DNA from: the human T2T-CHM13v2.0 reference genome, Homo sapiens
Direction: 5' to 3' (one strand)
Length of the DNA: 64,000 nucleotides
Assembly (NCBI RefSeq): GCF_009914755.1
Contig: NC_060928.1
The translations under genes were made by a program, and so were the position numbers. This document shows, piece after piece, positions 54,615 through 64,000 of this stretch. The notes beneath the pieces are model-generated. The model saw only the letters and a list, made by a program, of their open reading frames with translations, was not told the origin of the DNA and did no database searches. Numbering within the stretch: the first letter of the stretch is position 1; every line of letters begins with the position of its first letter.

Positions 54615-55104
54615 CTACCACCCCAACCCCCAATGTGCTGATGCCACCAGCATCTCTTGCCTAGCAGTAGTCTCAAAGCCAGTGTTCCCCTTCATACCTT
54701 TGCCTTGCCTCAGTCTACTCTCAGCAGAGTTGGAGGGGCCCTTTAAAAAGATGTCTGTCATACTTCCCTGTTCAGAGCCCTCCAGTGTGTGCCCATTTAA
54801 TTCAGAAGAAAGCCCCGAGTCTTTGAGCCACCTGCCAGGCTCTGCCTGAGCGGGCTCTGTACCTCTCATCTCTTTCATCTGCTCCATCTTCTGCTTCACA
54901 CATTCTAGCCTCTGTGGCCCCCTGCAGTTCCCAGAGGAAGTCATGTGCCCTCCTGCCTTGGGGTTTTGGCACTGGCTGCTTCCTCTGTCTGCAATACTTT
55001 CATTCCTGACATCTGTGCAGCCAACTTCCTCACTGCCTTTTAGAGTTCCTTCTGGTGTCAGCTCAGTGAAGCTTCCCTGACCACTCTGCTTAAAAGTCCA
55101 GAGG

Positions 55105-57127
55105 CGGTTTGATAGAAATAGTATTGAATCTATAGATTACTTTGGGCAGTATGGCCATTTTTATGATATTGATTCTTCCTATCCATGATGATGGAAGGTT
55201 TTTCCATTTGTTTGTATCCTCTCTTATTTCCTTGAGCAGTGGTTTGTAGTTCTTCTTGAAGAGATCCTTCATATCCCTTGTTAACTGTATTCCTAGGTAC
55301 TCTTTGTAGCGATTGTGAATGGGAGTTAATTCATGATTTCGCTCTCTGTGTGCCTATTGTTGGTGTAAAGGAATGCTTACGAATTTTGCACATTGATTTT
55401 GTATCCCGAGACTTTGCTGAAGTTGCTTATCAGCTTAAGGAGTTTTGGGGCTGAGATGATGGGGTTTTCTAAATATAGAATCATGTCATCTGCAAGCAGA
55501 GACAATTTGACTTCCTCTCTTCCTATTTGAATACCCCTTATGTCTTTCTCTTGCCTGATTGCCCTGGCCAGAACTTCCAACACTATGTTGAATAGGAGTC
55601 GAGAACTGTTTCCATCAAACTACCATTAACATTCTTCACAGAATTAGAAAAAACTACTTTAAATATCATATGACATCAAAGAAGACCCTGTATGGCCAAG
55701 ACAGTCATAAGCAAAAAGAATAAAGCTGGAGACATCATACTACCTGACTTCAAACTATACTACAAGGCTACAGTAACCAAAACAGCATGGTAGTGGTACC
55801 AAAACAGACATATAGATATCAGTGGAACAGAAGAAAGACCACAGAAATAACACCACACATCTACAACCACCTAATTTTCGACAAACGTGACAAAAACAAG
55901 CAGTGGGGAAAGGATCTCCTATTCAATAAATGGTGCTGGGAAAAGTGGCTAGCTATATGCAGAAAATTGCAACTGGACTCCTTCCATATACCTTATACAA
56001 AAATTAACTCAAGATGGATTAAAGACTTAAATGCAAAATCCAAAACTATAAAAACCCTAGAAGAAAACATAGGCTATACCATTCAGGACATAAGCATGGG
56101 CAAAGATTTCACGGCTAAAACAACAAAAGCAATTGCAACAAAAGCCAAAATTGACAAATGGGATCTATTTAAATTAGCATCAGAGTGAACAGTCAACCTA
56201 CAGAATAGGAGAACATTTTTGCAATCTACCCATCTGATAAAAGTCTAATATCCAGAATTTATAAGGAACTTAAATAAATTTACAAGAATAAAACAAACAA
56301 CCACATAAAAACTGGGCAAAGGATATGAACCGACACTTCTCAAAAGAAGACATTTATGCAGCCATCAAACACATGAAAAAAAACTCAACATCAATGCTCG
56401 TTAGAGAAATGCAAATCAAAACCACAATGAGATACCATCTCACACCAGTCAGAAGGGTGATTATTAAAAAGTCAAGAAACAATAGATGCTGGTGAGGCTG
56501 TGGAGAAACAGGAGCACTTTTACCCTGTTGGTGAGAATGTAAATTAGTTCAACCATTGTGGAAGACAGTATGGTGATTTCTCAACGATCTAGAGTGAGAA
56601 ATACCATTTGACCCAGCAGTCAAATTATTGGGTATATACCCAAAGGAATATAAATCATTCTACTATAAGGACACATGCACACATATGTTTACTGCAGCAC
56701 TGTTTACAATAGCAAAATTGTGGAACCAACCCAAATGCCCAACAATGATAAATGGGATAAAGAAAATGTGGTACATATACACCACGGAATGCTATGCAGC
56801 CATAAAAAGGAATGAGATCATGTCCTTTGCAGGGACATGGATGAAGCTGGAAGTCATCATTCTCAGCAAACTAACACAGAAACAGAAAACTAAACACCAC
56901 ATGTTCTCACTCATAAGTGGGAGCTGAACAATGAGAACACATGGACACAGGAAGAAGAACAACATACACCAGGGCCTGTTGGGGGGTGGGGGATGAGGGG
57001 AGGGAACCTAGAGGAGGGGTCAATAGGTGCAGCAAACCACCACGGCACATGTCTACTTATGTAACAAACCGACACATTCTGCACATGTATCCCGGAACTT
57101 AAAGTAAAATAAAAATAAAAATAAAAT
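55105..57127 (+). mobile_element. 5'-truncated L1PA with 5' inversion (about 55105-55599 minus, about 55606-57127 plus)
   Basis: ORF2 fragments on both strands; (TAAAA)n tail; 13 bp TSD AAAAGTCCAGAGG at 55092-55104 and 57128-57140 at a TT/AAAA endonuclease site. Confidence 0.95.
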
Positions 57128-57412
57128 AAAAGTCCAGAGGTCTGATTGATGGTTAATAGAGAGGGGCATCTCACAATGTTTCTGACAAAATCTCCATTTC
57201 AACACATCTGAAACCATCATTCACTCATTCCATCAACGTATATTTGTAAAGTATCAACTCTGTACCAGTGCTGAGCAAGACCCTGGGGACACACAGCCCT
57301 GGCTGCCCTGCAGGGCTCCTGGATGACAGGAAAGCCGGGTAGAAATCAGGGAGCAGTGGCAGGTGGTGAGTCAACGCATGACCTGGAGACAGGAGCTTTG
57401 CCACTAGGTAGA

Positions 57413-58372
<960 letters not shown>

Positions 58373-58682
58373 AATTTCTGCATTTAAATCTTAGGTCTTT
58401 GCACTTCTCAACCATTTGAGTTGGCTTAGCCTATTTGTGCCCCAGTCTCCTCCAGAGTGGGGATGGTGACACACCTACCTCTCAGGGTTGCTGTGAGGAT
58501 GAGAAAATCCATGCAGAGCGCTTGAAGTACCAGAGTCAGGCACATTCTCTATGGATGGGGAGCAGAGAAGTGAAGGGGTTGCCGGAGGTCCTAGCACCCT
58601 GCAAAGAGTTAGCACAGAGCTGGACATGCAGAGTTCTCAATACACATGCACGCTGTCACTGAACACTGCACTGCAAGACTAA

Positions 58683-59531
<849 letters not shown>

Positions 59532-60289
59532 TAGCACAATATCAATATATTCCTCATAACAATGTTAGAAAGGGAAAGTTCTCTTATTAGCACCTTCTGG
59601 ACTCAGATGAAGAAACTGAGTCCAGAACAGGTTAAGTAATTTATCCAAGTTAACTGGCTAATGAGGGGCAAAGCAGAATGAAACCTGGGTAGAATGAGCC
59701 CAGAGCCCATGCCTGTCCACATTCCGCCCTATGCTTCTTGAGCTAGGGGCCAGCTCTGTGTTCAGGGCATTGCCTGCTGCACACTGGCTACTCAGTGTAT
59801 GCTTGTTGGTGGAATGAAAGGCAAGAAATATTTATTCATCATTTATTATATGCCGGGCACTGTTGCCTGCTTTTATAAATATTACCTGATATAATTCTCA
59901 CAGACAACCCAAGGAGTTAATATCAATCAGCCCACTTTGCAGATAAGAACTCCAAAGTGGGACACATTGCCAGTAAATGGTAGAGCCAGCTCTGGGTCAT
60001 GGTGGGTGGGCCTGCCTCAGACCTTCTCAGTTCTTTCCCACTGCCTTTAAGAGATTTTTTGTTTTGTTTTGTTTTGTTTTGTTTCTGTATGAGTCTCCCC
60101 GGCTTCCCTCACCCTTCTCCCAAGAAAAAGAAAGAAGGGGAGAGAACTGGAGAGAGAGACCAGGTAGGGGACGGGGACTGGGGGACGAGATAGGATGGAG
60201 AGAGTCACAAAGAACCCCTGCTTTCTATCAAAGCACGGACAGTGGTTCCAGGCGCCCAGCAGATGGCAGGATGTAGCCAAAGATTCCCT

Positions 60290-62000
60290 GCAGTCCCGGA
60301 GAGCTGGGCCCGCAGGACTGCAAGGCAGGGGGACCTGCCTGTCCCTCAGGGAGCGTCCTGGGAACCCGCGCTCGCCCCACACGTCTTGGGGCGCATCTGC
60401 CGCACCCCTTACTTAGGCACCCGCAACTGTGGCGCGTATCTCCCGATCCAGGCTCCCGCCGCAGGAGCCCAGGGACCCTCATGCTAGCCTCGCCCCTAAA
60501 TCGGACGCCGATGCCGCCCAATTTTGGGGGAATCCCGAGACTCATGCCCAGCCATTCCCAGGGAGAATGGTTTGGGGCAAACTATGGCTGTCTGGGGCCT
60601 CAGTTTCCCCATGTACAATGAAGGGGTCAGATTAGTATCTAATCTTAAGGGGTCAGAAAGTAAACAGATACTTTCATTCATTAAACACTGAGAAAAACCT
60701 TAAGAGGAACAGCGTCGGTTGGAGAGCCAGCAGACACTCCACTGCCCATCCCAATATGAATGGGCAAATACAGGCTAGCGGGGAGTCCTGGGACTCCCTT
60801 CGCAGCCGGGGCCGACTAACCACAGACCTAAGAGCCCCTCTACCTCTAGACCTCCGTCTACTGCGCTCTAAAATATGAACGATGCTTTCTTACTGCTGGG
60901 TTGTCGGAGGCGGATGTGGGATGGTGCTAACAAAGCGCGTAGCCGAGGCCTGGCCATAGTGGGTGCTGACAAACCGCTTACTGCCTGCAGGGACCGAGCT
61001 CCCGGCCGAGGGAGGAGGGCCGAGCAGGGATTCAGATTCTTCCGGGCCGATCCCTTTCTCAGCTCCTTCCGCCCTGCCGCCGCCCACTGCGTGCTGCCTT
61101 CGTCCGTCCCCTCCTCCCCCGCTCCTTCCCCTCCTTCCCCTGCTCCCGCGCCGCCTCGCGTCTCCCGCCCGCTGTAGCCGGCGAGGAGCGCCGCACGTTG
61201 GCCCCGGCGCGAGGAGCTCCCGGGTTCCCGGGCGGGCACTGGAGTAAGGAGCTGCGAGCGCAGCCCGAGGCGGGGCACGGCGGAAGGCGCGGCGAGAGCG
61301 GGGTCCCTGCGAGCGCAGTCGGAAGGGCGTCCAGGAGAAGGGGGACGCCGTCCCCGCCCCTGCACGGTGCTCGGCCCCCTCGGGCTCCGCGCGCGGCTAC
61401 AACCCGGACTGGGCGCGCCCCCGGCATCCCGCATCTCTGCGCGCGTCCCACATCCCGCATCCGGCATCCCAGCGGCCGGGCATGTAGCAGCGGCAGCAAC
61501 GGCGGAATATGGGCGGGAACCACTCCCACAAGCCCCCCGTGTTTGACGAGAATGAGGAAGGTAAGAGAGCGAGAGGTGCGAATTCCCGCTTCGCGGGGCA
61601 TCCCCTTCCTCCACCACCCTCGGCCGAGCCCTGCGGGGCACCGCATGCTGCCCGGCGCGGGGACCCAGGCATGGCCACTTCGCCCAGCGAATGCAGTGTG
61701 TGCCCGACCCGTGCCAGGCGCGGCGCTTCTGCTGAGGCAACTCCTAGGTACCCAGTGCCGTTTAGTAGTCGGGACGGTGCCTAGCGCGGGACTGGGGAGG
61801 CGGCTTCAGAGAGTTGAACCCGAAACCTGCACTTGGGGGTGTGGAAGGGAGGAGTTGACTTCGGAGGCCAGTCGGGATGTTTCTAGGCTCGGGCTCCCCA
61901 GGAAACCGAGGTTTCCTTGAGAGCCTGAGGCTGACGGAGGTGGCCTGGAAGGGCGGGTTGCACCGTGTGTCTGTGTGTGTGTGCGCGTGCCCACGACGCA
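60290..62000. promoter_or_regulatory. STK32B: CpG island / TATA-less promoter and 5' UTR of STK32B
   Basis: Very high GC and CpG density, densest at about 60900-61800; multiple GC boxes (CCCGCCC, GGGCGGG) around exon 1. Confidence 0.9.
61509..61560 (+). CDS. STK32B: Serine/threonine kinase 32B (YANK2), first coding exon; gene continues beyond the window
   Basis: ATG in strong context (aatATGG); MGGNHSHKPPVFDENEE + 1 nt, recognised as the STK32B N-terminus with an MGxxxS myristoylation motif; donor AG|GTAAGA at 61561. Confidence 0.96.
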
Positions 62001-63257
62001 TTTGGTCTCGTGCAAGGGCCTGTTGGATGCAGCTCTCCTCAATCACCCAGGACAGAGGGAAACTTTTCTTTGCTAAACTCTGTGGTTCCTAGGAGGGCGT
62101 CCTGTTCTGGGCAGCCTCCCCCTGGCGCAGAAGTGGTGTAGGCTGTCCAACCGCATCTCAACTTCCTGGCTGGATCCTTGCGGTTCAGGTCGATAGAGCT
62201 CCCTATTTGGACTAGCAGAACCCTCTTTCCAGTGCAGCGTGTCCCTGGAAAACTTACTTCACCTCTCTGAAACATTAGTCCCTTCATCAATGAAATGTGA
62301 GTTATGATACCACTAGCTACTTTATAGGGTTGTTTGAAGCTTAACCACTAGTAATCCACGTGAAAAGTGCCTTATAAATGCAAGCAGTACCGAGCTGTGC
62401 CGTTTTTTATGTTAAGAGCCCTCTGCCTCTCAAAGCTGGTTTCCTACTGTGCTGACTCGCCAGTCTCCACTGTGCCCCAGGTAAGAGCTGAGACATACTG
62501 AGCACTTACTATGTTCCAGCCATGCTAGCACATAGTGTTCACTCCATCCTTTTCATGCCCCTTGAGGTGGCTACCTTAGAAAGGGGTCTGTCCTGGTCAC
62601 TGCTGGTAAGAAGTAGAGCTGGGCTTGAGGCAGGACAGTCTGCTTTGAAAGCTGTGCCTGTCATCATTACCCAGGGCACTGGCTGTGTGCGTACATCATG
62701 GATGGCTTCTAGAACTCCCAAGGCTGTGAGTGCTACTCAGATGCCTGCCTGGACAGCCCTTCTCAAAAAGATAGATGAACACAGTCAAGGTTAAGTGAGC
62801 ACCTGCTGTGTCAGGCCCACGAGAGCCTTCCTTAAAGGAGTTCCTAGTCTAATGGCCCTGAATGACCGTCCATGGTGATAAGGGCATTGAGAAACCAGTG
62901 CAGGGTCTTGGGGGCACAGAGAGGCCCCAGCTTTTCCTGATCTTTAGTCTGGAGCATGTGCAGGTGAGCAGGTAAGGAGCCAGTTGTGGACAGAGGAGAG
63001 GTGGGCACAGAGGTAATGGAGGCTCTTGCATGTCCCAGTAAGAGTTTGAACACTATGCAGCATCACCCTCAATTGCACGGGCTTGTGGTTCTAGCCTGGG
63101 TCAAAGGTCATGCTTTTGCTAATTTTCCTAGCATCTTTCTCTTTTATTTACAGAGGAAATTTGCCACCCTTATATTGAAAACCGTCTCTGTCATTTATCC
63201 CCAGCTTGAAAATATTCATTGGCAAAATAGTTATCTCTGGTGTAGCCAACCTTTTGA

Positions 63258-63673
<416 letters not shown>

Positions 63674-64000
63674 TTAGGGCTCTCCTCATTTTGCCATTGC
63701 CCAGCCCAGTGAAACATTAACTTGTTTGATTTTGCCAGTATGTCTCTCACACGTTTCCTAGTACAGGTAAAACAGTGTTACTTGCCACCAACCGACTCAT
63801 TTATTTCGTAGGCATTTACTATTTGTATTTTCTGTACCCACCCCTGTGCTGGGGACCGGGAATATGAGGAGGATGAAGGCAAAGTGTTAACAATTTGCTC
63901 CCAGAGCAAGTAAACCACCTGGAAAACACAGGGTGTGTAAGTGCCCTGACGTGGGTGAGCTCAGGCGACTGATATCCTGGAGGAGGGTCCCTAACTCAGA

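Noticed and set aside
60868-61920. Long overlapping ORFs (290, 240 and 195 aa) over the STK32B CpG island
   Set aside because: Stop-poor GC-rich sequence with Arg/Gly/Pro/Ala bias and no recognisable domain; the real exon is 61509-61560.
61964-61990. Alternating purine-pyrimidine run (possible Z-DNA) in STK32B intron 1
   Set aside because: Short, interrupted and common near promoters; nothing specific supports a function.

Overview
Human genomic DNA. A human-specific AluYb8 is present, and the gene pair matches the CYTL1-STK32B region, recalled as 4p16.2. The window holds the complete four-exon CYTL1 gene on the minus strand (CDS 29092 to 24793, 136 aa, all introns GT-AG and phase 0) and the CpG-island promoter plus first coding exon of STK32B on the plus strand (ATG 61509), arranged head-to-head about 32 kb apart. 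The rest is repeat-rich: a 5.6 kb L1PA missing both ends, a twin-primed inverted L1PA, an L1-made HERV-W retrocopy, a solo LTR7 near the STK32B promoter, many Alus, MaLR LTRs, Tigger3 and MER20. No new protein-coding system is supported; almost all ORF-track entries are spurious or L1/Alu fragments. Best second-look items: an in-frame AUG-UAG start-stop uORF 27 nt upstream of the myristoylation-motif start of STK32B, and a set of short locally copied segments (12 to 248 bp) that look like templated-insertion repair scars. Repeat subfamily names come from recalled consensus sequences, and repeat boundaries are approximate unless a TSD is given.
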